Part shown: positions 1 through 15,400 of the stretch, piece by piece
How positions within the stretch are numbered: position 1 is the stretch's first letter
Layout: each line of letters begins with the position of its first letter
Assembly: GCA_023213395.1 (NCBI GenBank)
Contig: CM041465.1
Location: 141,801,741-141,865,740 of the forward strand
Length of the DNA: 64,000 nucleotides
Direction: 5' to 3'
DNA from: Cycas panzhihuaensis
Taxonomy: Eukaryota > Plantae > Cycadophyta
Notes under the pieces: generated by a model
Seen by the model: only the letters and a program-made list of their open reading frames with translations
Told to the model about the DNA's origin: nothing
Database searches by the model: none
Translations under genes and position numbers: made by a program

Positions 1-10
1 TCATATCAAG

Positions 11-22
11 TGGTATCAAAGC
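11..22 (+). promoter_or_regulatory. tRNA-iMet PBS of an LTR element whose 5' LTR lies mostly left of the window
   Basis: ...tcatatCA-ag-TGGTATCAAAGC: one mismatch to TGGTATCAGAGC, preceded by CA plus 2 nt. Confidence 0.6.
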
Positions 23-3000
23 ACCTTCTAGGGCCATATTCTATTCCAATAATTTTTAGTAGCCTATTGTAAGTAACCATCATATGCTCTCACCTCGTCC
101 TTACATAATCTTGGTGATAAAAAAGTGGCAAAAGTAGTAGGGTACTAACCTTGTGCCTAAATCTCTTCTCTCTTTTTTTTTTTAATTTTCTGTAGTGGTG
201 TCTAGGTTAGAAACCCTATTTTAGTAGTTTTAAAAAATCATAGAGTTGTTATTATTGTCCAAGTATGCTTCATAAATCTAATGTATAAAGTGGGATGCAA
301 AAGGAACCAATACCTAGGCCTTAGACAACATGTATATATGGAATCAAGCCTTTACATACCTTTAGGTTTATAGGAGGACCCCCCTAGGATAGGAGATACT
401 TAGTTATAGGAAACCTTAGGCAGTTATTAGTCATTTGTAATCTCTAGTACATTGGTTAGTAGTTAGTATTAAGAAGTCATCCTCAATGTAGATCTAGAAG
501 ATAAATAACATGATTATAAGTATGATAACCCTCCATAGTTAGTGCCATGATATAGTGGGTCAGTTTACATTAAGAAGTATATAAGAGAGCCTACATGCTA
601 GATATTCCTTCAACTCAAAATTTTTTGTATCTTGGCTATGAATAAATCTAGACATGCTTCAAAAGTTATCCAAAATACTAAAACCCTTGATCTAGATATA
701 CCTAAGCAATGAATTAAATGACATTTGGAAACTACAAAAGGGAATATCTCGCAAATAGTTAGGAATAGATCTAAACATACTTAGACAGTGACTAAAAGCA
801 TTAAAACTATTAATTGGGATAGATTGAGGTAGTGATCTAATAAAAAATTTAAAACTATAGCATGCTTTAGTTGGACCTAAACCAACTATCTCCTAATTAG
901 TGATATTTTTCCTTTGTTTTAAGTCTAAGCTAAGAGACAAGAAGCCTAAGAGAATCAAATGGACTACCTTGGCCAACTCCTAAGAAGGAGTCTCCATCTG
1001 ATTATGCTATTTAATAAAGGTATAAATAAAGAAATGAAAGGCTAGGATGCAAGGGGGTGATTGAATCCACTAGCCTACATAATTAGATGGAGGAGTTTTG
1101 AATTCATGATTATGATAACAATGTCTCTTTTGTCCTTCCTAGGGACTTATTTTCTCATATTCTTTCAACCTTTTGAGTTCTATTAAAATGAAGAAGGGCT
1201 AAGTGAAGGAAATGTTTTGTCTTCTTTTTTTTTTCCTTCTTTTTAAATAAAATAAAAATCACAAGAACAATTAATGAAACTATAAGATCTATATACCTTC
1301 TTTTCAACACACAAATAAAAATGCTAATTATGCATGTAATATAGTTTTTTTTTTTAGATGAAACATACTAAAATGAACATGAAACTACTTTTTTAGATAC
1401 AACACAAAATTTTCAATGAGCAAGAAACTAGCATGAAATACAACAAACACTACATGCAACTATATATATAAATCACTAAGAGATTCAATAACATGGTATG
1501 TTTATATGTGAAGCTTTCATTCTAATTACATACTATCTTCTTTTTAGAGAATGCCACCAAGATAAAAGACGGATTTTAAAGATTTACTTCTATTGTAATG
1601 AATGATGTTTAGACCATAAAGTTACATGCAATTAATTATAACTAAATCATTATCCATAAGCAAGCAATAAACCAAAGAATAGAGAGATTCTATCATAAAT
1701 GGAGTCTTTTGGATACCAAAGAATCCTTGAATCTTATATGATATGATTACATCAAAGACATATCATTCATGTATTTAGATTTCTTTTTAAAATATGAAAG
1801 CAATTAAAAGAATGAAGTTAAACAAGAATAATACTAACAACTTTTTTACAATTTCTTGTCTATTAATGAGTTCCTACCTCAGAATGGCTTTCCTTCTTTC
1901 ATGTGATCAAACTACTTCAGATTTTCCTTTAAAACTAACAAAGAAAAAAGAGAAACAAGAATAACATGCTCAATGACAGCCATAAATAAGCCAAGATGAA
2001 AGTTAGTCTCTTGGGGATTTAGACAATTGTAGAAGAATGAGAAAAAGTAGATATTCTGTTAATGAAGAGATGAGTATTCTTCACAATAGTTTACTCCATT
2101 TTTATCCCATAAAGGGTGGACCTTTCAACCAAATTCCCAAGGTATAAAATGAGTACAAAGAGACCCCAAATATCACCATGAAGAAGAGAAAGATTCTAAG
2201 TACAAACTATCACAAAAGAGTAGAAAATTTGTAAGAATTCATAATAGGAAAGATCTTACTAAGAATAAGAAGTTTGAAGTAAAAACTTTACAAGAAACTA
2301 AGCATTTTGAGAAGCACCAACTATTGAAATATGAGTATCACTAAAGCAACAACCAGAGCTTCAAAATCTTCTCTTGACTTCACCCTCTTTTTTTTTTTAA
2401 ATAGTCTTCCAAGTAGCAGTAGTAAAATTCTCTCAAAAATCTCAAGAAACATCTCTAAAACTTTATCTCTAAGCTCATATACTTTCTATAAAAGATCACA
2501 ATAGGGTTTGTATGCATTATGGGTACGAAAAAGATAGGTTTCCATTAAATTTAGATGACGAGATATAAAAAATTAGCGCGCTAGAAGAGTTTTGTATTTA
2601 TAATAGTAAAAAATGCAATCGATTGCGTTTTTAAAGCCATGAAAAATGTGACTTTCTTTTAAAAAAGTGATAAAATCATGAGATAAAAATGGCTCATTAA
2701 AATGTCAAAAAATAATTCTTTTTTGGATAAATTTTAGTACAAATGACTTTATTAACGAGGAAAATGACCTAAAAATGATGAAAACAATAAGCACAAGCCC
2801 AAAAAATTGATTTAAAAAAAGGATCTAAGGGGGAAATCAAGATAAAAACAAGAAATATGATGTTTTAAAGGAAGAAATAAATTAGAATGAATGGGAAAGA
2901 AAAGAATTTAATGTCATAGTTATCACTCATCGATAGGTGATAGTATAATAATACATCCACCATCATTCAACATATATCATCAATCAAATCAATGTAACAT

Positions 3001-3426
3001 TTTATCAAAACATGGCTTAATGCATATAAAGCAACCTTAAACTAAATATTTTCATATGAATAATACAAGAAACTTGTTAAAAGTGACAAAGATCAATAAG
3101 AAGGCTAGATTTTTTTGAATCATTTATCCCCTTGATACCTGAAGCTCCTACTTTAGGAAGAAAATAGGATGGTGAAATATGGCAATGATCAAAGTAAAAG
3201 ATTTTTTTATCAAAGGTTACCAAAGTTTAGGATGGGGTATATGAAAGATGGGTTACTAGTCTATAAAAGATCTATAATATAATTAAATCAACTTTAATAT
3301 CTCCAAAATAGTAAGTTAAATAAATGTTGCCTAAAAACTTATTCAAAAGAACTAGGTTTACATTCACTAAATAAAAAATTAATGTCAAATATCCACAAAC
3401 TGGATGGAACTTAAAAATTTTACTGG

Positions 3427-3710
3427 TCATAGTTTATCTCTCATTAACCATTTGTCAATGGAAAGGCCTTTTTATTAGAGCACAAAGGATGGATTGTTAT
3501 AGCTTTTGGGATCATTAATAGGTGACTTTTTAGAGCCTTAGGACTACCATAATTTCAACTCATTAGTAGGTGACTTTTCAGAGCCTTCTGTCATAGTTTA
3601 AATTCATTAACAGGGTGAAGGACTTTAAAGCTTGATTATCATAGTTTAAACTTATCAACAATTGAATTTCAGAGGGTTTGTTATCATAGTTTAGGCTCTT
3701 TAATAGGTAA
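3427..3710. repeat. Degenerate tandem repeat (~40-50 bp units, core tcatagttta..ctcatt..aggtgac)
   Basis: About 5 recurrences of catagttta, taggtgactttt and agagcctt motifs. Confidence 0.55.
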
Positions 3711-6700
3711 AATGGACTCAAAGTGATTTGGAAACCAATCCAATAGTAAATCTAGGAGAAAAACGAGTAAAAAATATAGTGTTTAAGTCTTCAGAAAGCT
3801 CCATAAAAGATAGATACTTTAAATTGGATAATTGAGCCTAATAGATAAAAGATGAATCATTTTGTTATCTCAAAGTGATTTCATTTGATAATGATGATTT
3901 TAAAGAGGTGGAATTCACTTTGATAAACTCAATGGATGAAAGAAAACATATTTGCTCAAAAAAGAGAGAAAAGCCCCTCCCCTTTATTAAGAAGAAAAAT
4001 GGAGGAGCGAATTAGAAAATAGGCTATCTGAGGGCATTTTCTCTCATTTTCGAGGTATCAGCTCTAAGAGATTAATATCAATAAGACGTATTAGGGATCT
4101 AGATATCCAATTAGTTTAGTTCATAATCTTTTTTTAATTAAATTTTATAATAAAAAACACAATATTATAATATGACAAACATGAAAGCATAGTTAAAAAT
4201 GTGAGAATATTTCTAAAAATGTGATTAGACAGATTATGATTAAATTAAAGAAATTGTACTTTTGGACAACTAATTGCATTTTTTATTGAGAAGTTATGTT
4301 TTTGAGTAGATAGCTACGGTTTTCATTGACTTGTCACATTTTTGAACTTGAGAAAGAGAAAATTAAGAAATGAAGTTTTTACAATATAAAAAATCAGATT
4401 CTAATATAATCTTTTTATGTGATACATCCTTTAGAGAAGGTATATACGTAAAAAAATGAGGGATTGGCCATTAGAGAGCTAATTGGCTAATTGAATGAGG
4501 CGGATTGGGCTATATTACGAGCTTATAGACTATCTTAAGTGAATAGATTGACCCAATTGGTGATGGAGTATGAGATACTCCATGATTTTATCAACTGTTG
4601 GATTTCAAGCCTCAATATTTTTAGAGTATAGGCAATCAGAGAGATTCGTATCACCCCAAGAGACATAGGAGGATTTTGGGAGTTAACTGATATGGGGAGA
4701 GGGTGAGACTTAATAGGGAGGTAGACGATGAGTGTTAGATGACGTGTAGCCAATATCTGATAGATTTTACTGATCAATTTGGCCTGCATGAGATATTTAT
4801 AAAGGCCATATAGAGAGCGAAGGGTGTTTTTCTTATACAGAGGATCATAACCCTCATCATTATATATAGGATTATTAGAACTTAGAACTTTATGGGAGTT
4901 CTAGCTTAGTGGGCAAGAGTAGTGAGGAGGTGTGAGGAGGGAGTTTGGATGAACTAGGGATGGTATATAGTAGATAACATATATCTACAACTATCAAGGA
5001 TTAGGAGATAGGGGAGAGGAGGATTCTCTTACAACTCTATCCTGATGTATTAGTTGTATGATCATATTCCCTTGATGAGGCTAGGAGGAGTATTGGGAGA
5101 GTTGATTGTTATAGATCTAGGGATGAACATATGGTACATGAGAGCATAGATTCATAATAGGATAGCTGTCACAATGAAGAGTACTCACAACCCTCTATAA
5201 AGTAGGATGACTAGGAGACAATTGATATAAGATGTATATGAGGGATTATCGATATGGATTGACGACGAGGTAGATGTAATAGAGAGAGGAGTAGCAAGAG
5301 AGGCTCCTATCATTAGTTAAGGGAGAGAGAGGAAGAGAGGAGGTACAGGTGGGAGAGAAAGTGGAGGTGTTGATGAGATGGGATTAGGAGAGAGAGGAGG
5401 GGCATCGACCAACTGAGGAGAGGGATGGAGTCAACAGATGTTAGAGTGAGCAAGTGGAGCACTAGGTGGAGGTAGAGAAGGTTCCATACAGAGCATGGAG
5501 CTAATCTTGATGGATGAGCATGGGAGAGGAGGAGGGAGTAGAGTAGAATAGGGGGAGCTTACCTAAGAGGCTCTCCAAGAGGCTTAGGGAGAGGGAGTGC
5601 CACAGGTAGAGGAGAAGATGGTAGCATAGCTAGCAAGAGGAGGTGAGCCAATAGGTATATCAATTGATTAGTTTTGAATGTATTGAATTATATTTTCTTT
5701 TTGATTATATGTTCTCTTCCCAGGAGACTGATCATGATTTACATCATAATTTATATATTTTTTATGGAAAGATGATGAGAGCATGACTCTGGTAGAGGTG
5801 AGGAGGATATTAGAGTTGATCTTCCTATATGTACCTACATCAGAAAAGGCTTCAACATGGAACATAGTAGATCACATACTCCTAGAACACTATATTGGAT
5901 ACTTTAATCTTGCCTTATGGGCTTAAGACATGTTTCTAGATGTGAGGGCAGAGTTAAGACTATAGGAGTCAAAGCCTAGGGTAGTTAAGGATAAGAGACA
6001 TCATTTATATAGAATGATATTGGCACAGGTAGGAGTGTGAGCTACTCCATTAAGGAGTACTACAATGCAGTAGGGATGACATCTTCCACCACTTAGGCAG
6101 TCTACACATGGACAGACTCCAGATAGAGGAGAAAGGATAGATCCAGGAGCACATGAGAGGTCTCATTAGGGCTCACAGAGATGAGTATATTTTATATATA
6201 TAAAGGGACAAGAGGGAGATGTGAGGCATTTTTTAAGCCTTAGTTGTTGTATCATGAGTCACATGAGTGATAGGTATACCATATTCTCTTGTATCTTAAC
6301 TAGACCTTATATTTAGAGTAAGTCTTATTAAGAACATCTTAATATCAAGCTTAAAATTTTTCTTTATTACTACACCTAGAAGGGTTAATACTTTTCTTAT
6401 TTCTTTATTTTACTTCTTCATATTGGTAGTTGATCTTGATCTTTCATCCTTATTTTATAAAGTTAAATGTATTGACTACTAATTTAGTATGATAAGTGAT
6501 TGTTGCTCTAATGTTTGTGGTACACATAGATGGGTAAATTTTGGCGATGGATACTTGGGTTTCAACCATAACTTGTCTTTATATTATTACTTTTAATGCT
6601 TTTGTGAGGTCCACCTAGATGTGGGTAATAGATAGTGTTATCCTAGGATAACTACAAGATTGAAAAATCTATCAAGGAGTTATAAGGCTATCTTTAGCTT

Positions 6701-7480
6701 CAAGGGATATCATAAGACTATATTAGCTAGAGTTTTAGGTGGTAATTTAGGCATCACATTTACAAGCTATGTAGATTGAATTAAGGATTTAATAGTTGAG
6801 AGAGATTGGATGATAGTAGAGTGAAATTAGTTATTAAAGGGGCTAATGGTTATTTAAAGGTACTCTATCCAAACTTAAACTAAGAGGACTTGCTCAGAGG
6901 ATATGAGGATTTGCGATAGTGCTAGTCATGCCTCCACAACTTATCAGGATCATAAAAAATGCCCTTAACAATGTGATATTGGGGCTTCTAATTAAAGGAA
7001 GAGACTAATAGTGTGGGGGGGTTTAAGGAGATGAAAGCCCATTATGTAAGTTTTGGGCAAGTTGTAATTATCTTATTTGAGCAATTTGTATATACTTACA
7101 AAAGGATAGGCTCCTTTTAGACGCTCATATGTATTACATTTTTGTATCTCATTTATGTTGTGTATACATTTGAGATGTTGATTGAGCTCTCCTTTAATTT
7201 ATATATGGATAATATTCTTATTTTTCTAGTGTGTTTCATTTTATATGACAACATCTATATGACTAGCATACATGATTTAGTTGTATTTATTTTATATGAT
7301 ACTATGTAATTGGTATATACTTAGTGACTAAAGCTTGCGCTACTTTATGTAAGATGATAGCAATCTTATATAGTTGCTAATATTTAATTAGGCATATATA
7401 CTTTATAACAAACAAAATTCAACAAATTAGTGGAGTGTCTAAAATTAGTTTATTTTAGAGCATGTTTTTGGTATTTCATT

Positions 7481-7505
7481 ACACACACACACACACACAC
7501 ACACA
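7481..7505. repeat. (CA)n microsatellite
   Basis: Direct reading. Confidence 0.95.
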
Positions 7506-7530
7506 TGAGTTTTTGCAAATATCATATATA

Positions 7531-7810
7531 CATAGTTTATACTCATCATAGAGTGTTTAACTAGTTTATAATCATCATAAAGTTTGTGTTTTAATATTCT
7601 TTTGTTATCTTTTATTTTTTTAAGATTTTAGAGGAATAATATGTATATGATAATTTACACTCATAAAGAAGTATTAGCTAGTTTATACTCATTGTAGAGT
7701 CTTAGTTAGTTTATAGTCATAATGGAGTGTAATGCCCCTAATCATATGTCTTGGGGGAGATTTAGTTTATACTTATTTTGGAGTATCAACTAGTTTATAC
7801 TCACCATAAA
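7531..7810. repeat. Degenerate ~29-bp tandem repeat (ctagtttatactcat...gagt)
   Basis: About 7 copies of tagtttatactcat-like core. Confidence 0.6.
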
Positions 7811-10800
7811 GCATATGCCCTATATTATGATGCTCACTTTAGCAAAAGAATTCCCCTCTTTCAACAACAAAAGGTTATACTCACCCACCTTAAGTAGATA
7901 TCATGAGTTAAATAAAGACTAAGGAGTTCTAAGCCTTATAGAATTAAGTATCTCAAACTCTTTATCAACAAACTAGCATCGACATATATGTTTCTAGACT
8001 AAAAGACTACATTCAAATACACCTTAATGTAGTTACCTAGACCACTCTTAGAGAGACCATATCCATAGAAAAAGCAATCAAAGCATAATTTATAGTAGAA
8101 TGACCAATTATCTTTTATCAAGATCCTCCCTTTTACTCATATCCCTGAGCAACATATTAACAACACTAATGTATGGATGATCCATAACATACAATTATAG
8201 AGTAGCCTTCAAATCCCTTATGTGTTTCTATAATTGAAGTAAATAGATACCAAGGGGATGGCCTTTATATCAAGCACTTAGAAAAGTAGATCCATGATCA
8301 TAGGAAGGTATGTAAAGCTATGTGTATGGAGTTCATAATTGGCTATGACCTATTTATAGATAAAGACTCAAATTCAAAGCATAGCCCAAGTGATGACCTA
8401 CACTAAGAGACCTTGCTTGACCCCAAATCTAAACTCTCCCTAAAAGTTGTTTATTATACATCATGCTCTAAACCCCTTAGAGTTAAAATCATACTTTGTA
8501 AAACTACCATAACCATCTTGATTGACAATGGTATATCACTCAACTTTATTAACATATCCTTTCCTAGATAAATCAACCTATATATTGTCCCCAAGTCTAG
8601 ATTTACTTTCTCTTTACTAGGACACCATATTCTTCACCATGCAATGATAATCTAGAATTTATATATCTAGGTTGAAACTTATTACTTGGTATTTAACTTA
8701 TATGATTTGTCAATAGGAGGATTAGATGCCATCCTAAGAGTCCGATGGCTTCAAATCCTAGGCACATACAATACAAATAACTCTCCAACTAACCCCCTTA
8801 TCTTATTTAATCATAACCTCATGCAAACACATAATCTTCATGGTATCCAATGTCCCCGTCCCTTATTAATTTTATCTCCCCTAACTAGACACATAAATAA
8901 TTAAATACTAGAGAACTTATAGACATGGGAATTATTTAACCAAGTACTTATTTAGAAAATAGATAGGTCCTTTTGATTATATGTAAATTATTAAGAACTT
9001 AATAAAATCACAATAAAAAAATAGTTTTCAACCCCTTGGATTAATAATATATTAGACAAAATCCATGGTGTTTTAGTATTCTCTAAACTTGACCTCTAAT
9101 TTGGGCATTATTAGATCTCCATCATCCTTAAGGATTGCCACAAAATTACTTTCCACACCCACTATACCTTTTGGTCTCTATAATGCCCTTATCATATTTC
9201 AATCTCTAATGAATAAAATATTTGCACTATATCTTTAAAAATTTGTCATTATCATTTTTGATGACTTACTCATTTATAGTTCCTACTTAACCCAACATCT
9301 TTAGCACCTAGAATCCATCTTTTAAATCCCTATTCAACAAAAAATTTATGCTAAACCTTCAAAATTTGAATTTCAGAAATCTAAACTATAATACCTTGAA
9401 CACATTATTTCCTCTAAGAGTGTTCAAGTTTATCTAGACAATATGTCTATTATTGTCATTTAGTTAACCCCTAAAACCCCATCCAACTATGATCTTTTCT
9501 CAGATTTATTAGCTTATACTAATGTTTTATCAAAATTTACATTTCACTTATTAGGCCCCTAACCATCATACTTTGTAAAGACTCATTTCAATGGTCACCT
9601 ATTACAAATAAATCTTTTAACTTTCTTAAAGTAACTATGGCTTCTGCTCCTATCTTGACCATACTAGATTTATCTCTACCATTTTAACTTGAATACAATG
9701 CCTTTGGTTTTGGCTTGGGTGTAGTACTTATGTAAATATTTTACCTTATTACATTTTAGAGTCGTAATCTTAAATAACATGAGTGTTAACTCTATACCTG
9801 TCAGAAAGAGACAAAATGCATTTTGAATGCATTGAATAAAAGGCACCAATACCTATTTGGATCTAAGTTTACTATTCTAAGTGACCATTGTAGCCCTTGT
9901 CACCTTCTCAGCTAGTGAGTCCTATCAGTAAAACAAGCTAAGTAGGTTGATCAATTTTGGGTGTTTGACTTTACCATAACCTATAAGAAGGGAAGGACAA
10001 TGGTGTTGTTAATGCTCTCTCTCATCTTTCCTTTGAACCCACTCTTCATGCTATCTCTTAATCTTAGTCCACTTGGTTAATTGAGTTGGCCTCTATTAAT
10101 CAATCCCATGATGATTAGTCCGAATGGCCTGCAAAGGTCCACAATCAAAATGAGTGGTCCTTATATGTTAATCATCTCCTCTATAAGAATTATATCTCTA
10201 TCCAACACACATCCTCTTTCATTCCCTCCATCCTTTTTAAGTACCCTTCCATCCCCTTAGGAGGCCACTTTGGATTCGATAATACTTATTATTATATCCA
10301 TACTAAATTATATTAACTACATATAAAATCTAATATCCTCTTCTTTGTCTTAGAATATGACATGTACTAGTGTAATAAACCTAAGACAATGGCATAACCA
10401 AGATACCTCCAACCTTTATATATTCCCCTAGATAAATGGAAAGACATTGCCATGGAATTTATCTATATCCTTCTATTAATTGTTGATTTCAGCTCCATCT
10501 TAGTTATCATTGATAGTTTAGTTATATATACCAACTTTTTACTAGTTAAGACCTCTTATAAGGCCCCACAACTTACTGATGCATATATCTAATAATGTTT
10601 TTTATCTCCATAGATAGAGACCCTAAATTTACAAGTTTATTTTTGAAATAACATTTTATACATCAAGAACATCTTTTAATACCACCCGCTGACCAATGGT
10701 TAGTTAGAGGTCTTTAATAAAATATTAGAAATCTAGTTACATTATTTTGCCACAAAACACTTAAGTAGACCTTTTAGTTAGCTCTCACTAAATACTAGTA

Positions 10801-11043
10801 CAACTCCTCTTATCACTCTTCTATTTATATCTCACCATTCATGGCCCTTTATAGTTATCCCCCATCATCCTACCATACCCTTATTACTAACAAATGTAAA
10901 GTCATTATCCAATAAAAACTCTAAGACATGGACCAAATTCTCTATACTCTCAAATCGAACCTATCCACCACCCAAAGTTGTCTAAAATACCTTACCAACT
11001 AGTATTACTCTAATTGTTCCTTTTCTATGGGTGACTTTATATC

Positions 11044-11420
11044 TGTAACATAACCTCACCTTTCCTTAGCAAGAGGAAACCACCAACAAGTAAGGATGGA
11101 CCGCTAAGTCGTCCAATAAGATGTAAGGCCGCTAGGGCCACCAATAGAGTTATGTGTATGGACCGCTAAGTCGTCTAATAAGATGTAAGGTCGTTAGGGC
11201 CACCAATAGAATCATTAAGGAGGAAGACCCTTACTTGTGTATTTAAAGGGTTAAACTACTCATAATGTTATTGGGTATGATATCTTGAAAGGAGAAAGTA
11301 CTTTGGTACTCATTTTGGTGATTTATTTTCTGTGATCTGTTTGCACATTCATGTTATTTGGCTTCAATTTCTGCTAATTATCAATTCTACAAGCCCCAAT
11401 TGCTGAGAAGGAACGGTCCA
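11044..11420 (+). repeat. 5' LTR of chromovirus
   Basis: Matches 17009-17385; followed by PBS. Confidence 0.97.
11096..11210 (+). repeat. Two-copy 62-bp-period tandem repeat in LTR U3 (also in the 3' LTR)
   Basis: atggaccgctaagtcgtc.aataagatgtaagg.cg.tagggccaccaataga starts at 11096 and at 11158. Confidence 0.9.
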
Positions 11421-12475
11421 AGTGGTATCAGAGCCGCATTCGTAATCGTAGGAAGCTGCCCGAAATAACAATTTTTTTTTTTCCTGTATGATTGAGTACT
11501 CTCTCTACATAGGCAGAGATTGAGGAAAAACCTTCACTCAGTACTCTCTCCAAGAAGATTGATGAATAATAGCAGGACAGATTTGAGGTCGCGAAGCAAA
11601 GGGGAATTTCGACCTTCAGGTACCGCAAGCAATTTATTTCTTCTATATTTAATTCAATTTTTAAGTTTTCATTTCTGCATTAGGTTATATTCCAAGGGTA
11701 GATAACACCGCTGGGCGGCTACCCTTTGTGTCATTTCCCACCTCTCCTTTTTGGGTAGATACCATCACGCATACCCCCTTTAGGATTCCAAAACCCACCC
11801 TAGTGCAGGTAACCTATCGGTTGCTGAAGTCTTGCAGTGCAGTGGTTAGCGGTTAGCGCCACGAGGTTACCTGCCCCAAACTTCTGTATCAGAAGTTTAT
11901 TGGCAGGCCCATAAGACCAAGCACACCTCATTCTGTAGTGGGTAGGACACATCTGATCATTCGCTGTTTCCCCTACCCTAGTCTTAGTCACAAGCCATTG
12001 ACTGCCTGAATTCAAAACTTGTCAAAACAGTCAAGCCTCTCTATAAAAAAAAAAAAAAAAAAAAAACTCCACTTAGCTCTTGCTCAAAGTGCAAAAAAAA
12101 GAAACCCTTATACCTCATATACCTCAATTTGATCAGCATCTCGTAAGGGTCATTTTGCACTAGGTTAGTCTATACCCCAATTTTCACTCTTTTTGTACTT
12201 GGGCCACTGGTGGGCCCCACCACTCCAAAGTTACCTTAAAACTCATACATCCCATTTCGATAAGTTTTTTGTGCTCTTTCTAGTGGACTAAATATCCTGC
12301 TTATGTAATTCGGGGTCAGCAGCTATAGACACCCCACATTCCCTTATTTTGCCCCTTTCTTTCCCATATAACAACTCCCTATTCTTCTATCCCGTTCTTT
12401 CTTGAATCTGTCCCACTTCGTTCTTTCCCTTCTTTCTACTTAGTCCCACTTCTTTAATCCCTTTCCTAAACTTCA

Positions 12476-15400
12476 ATGGCAAAAATTCAAACAAAAAAAA
12501 TTTCTGAGTTGACCAATGATTTGTCTAACTTCAAAATAGAGGTCAGCGATAAACTTAGTAACATACCTACCAAATCTGACCTGGACGACACCAAGAAAGA
12601 TATTACCAAACTGTTCCAACAGTGGTTGTCATCCCATGCCCAAAGCATAGGAGCTTCTACCTCAACGGGCAACCAACCTCCCCCTTCTTTAGGAAGTAAT
12701 GCACATACAGGAGGTTCTCCACCAAGACAGCCATTTTTCCACCACAAGATCAACATTCCTACCTTTGATCCAGATGTGAATAGAGAGTGCACTCGAAGTT
12801 GGATTAATAAGTTAGAATCCTACTTCACTCTCCACCCGATGTTAGAAGAGGACCAACTCTTATATGCTTCCATTCATTTAAATGGTCGAGCTCACCACTG
12901 GTTTAACTGGTGGGAGCGGGAATATCCCTCTCACCAAACTTGGTCGCACTTCACTACTTGTTTCTTCGAGCAATATGAAGATACATGGAGTCAATCGTTT
13001 TTCAAACAACTCACCCAGCTTAAGCAGACATCAACTGTAGAAGCTTACACGGATGAATTTTGAGCTTTATATAACCGCACGCCACAAAGCCAAAACTTGG
13101 ACAAACAAATAATGATTGATATTTATGTGGCGGGACTCCAAGACCGTATTCAGATGAGATTAAAGACAATGGCAATTTACTCCCTTAAGGAAGCTTTCAA
13201 GTGGGCGCGTGCAGCAGAAGCTGAGTTTACAGTAGACAGACCCTCAGCCATTCAATGGGATAACTCTTGGTTCTCATGCACTCGACAAGCATATCTCCAA
13301 CGACCTCGACCTCGATTTGACGATGCGTCTCATCCTCAAGCTGACTTCACACGTCCTCGACCACGACAGGATGATTCTCATCCATCTATTGATTTCCAGA
13401 ATGAGGATACATCCACCAAAAGAGTCCAGATTTCTCAAGCTGAAGCACAATGTCAACTTGAGGCTGGCCTTTGTATGTAGTGTGCAGAAAAGTGGACTTT
13501 CGGGCATGGTCATTTTTGCAAGGCATGGCGTATGGTTTTGTCCATTGACCCATCCCTCCCCTCTGACGATCTTTCTAATTCTGACTTTGACCAGGAGGCT
13601 GATGATGATACCCATGATGATCCTGCACCAGACCCCCAACCTGAAGTATCTATATCCGCTGTCACCACCTCCTCCTGCCCTAAACCCCTAAGAGTGAGGG
13701 GCATTCTCCGCAAGACTCCAATATCTATCTTGATCGACGGTGGTGTGTCACTTAACTTCATTGATATTTTGATTGCTAGATAACTTAACCTATATATTAT
13801 CCCAAAAACTGGCTTCACATGCTCTCTATAGGGTACTAGAAACTCCATTGTGCAGGTGTTATAAAAAACCTCGAAGTCCAAATTGGCTCATACATTTTAG
13901 TATCAGACTTCTATGCCTTGTCAATAGGAGGATCTGATGCTATCTTAGGGATTCAATGGCTGCAAACACTAGGGACCTATAGCACGAACAACTCACCTAC
14001 AAATCCATTCATTGCTTTCAAAGACCACATGGGGTGAAACCACAAAATTTATGGAATGCAATCCCCTCCTAACCAAGTGGTCTCTCCTGGACGTATGAAA
14101 CACCATCTTCAATCTCACCTAGGGTATATAGTCTGCCTCAATAATATTCAAATCAAACCACAAATTCATCCATATATCCAGGATGTCATTACCTAATATG
14201 AACAAGTATTCGCCCCTCTGCCTGCCACCACCCCTCCTGACTGCGATTTCTTTCATACAATTGATCTCCAATCTAACCATGACCCTATCAGCCTTCGACC
14301 TTACCGTAACTCATACTTCCAAAAGAATGAAATCGAGAAACTCACAAATGAACTCCTTGACATGGGCATAATCCAACCTAGTAAAAGCCCTTATGCATTG
14401 ATTATCTTAGTTCGGAAGAAGGATGGCTCCTTTCGCCTCTGTGTTGACTATAGGGAATTAAATAAGATTACCATCAAAAATAAGTTTCCCACCCGTTACA
14501 TAGATGACATGCTAGATGAAATCCATGGTGCAACCATCTTTTCTAAGTTAGACCTCCAATCTGGTTATTACCAAATCCCAATTTCCCCACAAGATTGTCA
14601 TAAGACAGCATTTTGCACACATCATGGCCATTTTGAGTTTCGAGCAATGCGCTTTGGCCTTTGTAATGCCCCGACAACCTTCCAAGCTCTCATGAATAGA
14701 ATCTTTGGGCCCTACCTTCGAAAGTTTGCCATAGTTTTCTTCGATGACATTCTTATTTATAGTGCCTGCCTGGATCTCCATATCCAACACTTAGAAATTA
14801 TTTTTCAAATATTGCAGAACCACCAACTCTATACAAAACTATCTAAGTGTGAGCTCGGACAATCAGAACTCAAATATTTGGGTCATATCATATCATCAGA
14901 AGGGGTACGTGTAGACCCCGACAAAATATCGGTCATCACAACGTGGCCAACACCTACCACTCTTACCCAACTACGAGCATTTCTTGGGCTCACAGGGTTT
15001 TATCAACGCTTTGTGTGTAACTATGCAACTCTTGCCACCCCATTAACTAACCTCCTTCGTAAAGAGGCTTTTCAATGGTCTCCCGAAGCACAGGCTGCCT
15101 TTTCCCACCTCAAGGTTGTAATGACCTGCACTCCAGTCCTCATCACTCCTGATTTTAACCAATCCTTCCAACTTGAATGCGATGCTTCAGGGTTTGGTTT
15201 AGGCGCTGTCCTAATGCAAGACTCTCATCCCATTGCATTTGAAAGCCGAAAATTAAAAGATCATGAGCTTCACCTCTCTACATATTAGAACGAAATGAAG
15301 GCTATTCTCCATGCTATTGATAAATGGCGGCAATATCTCTTAGGCTCTATGTTTACTATTCTTACAGATCATCGTAGCCTCCATAATTTATTGACTCAGC

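Noticed and set aside
12045-12066. Poly(A) tail of a SINE or processed pseudogene
   Set aside because: No TSD or A/B boxes could be found upstream.
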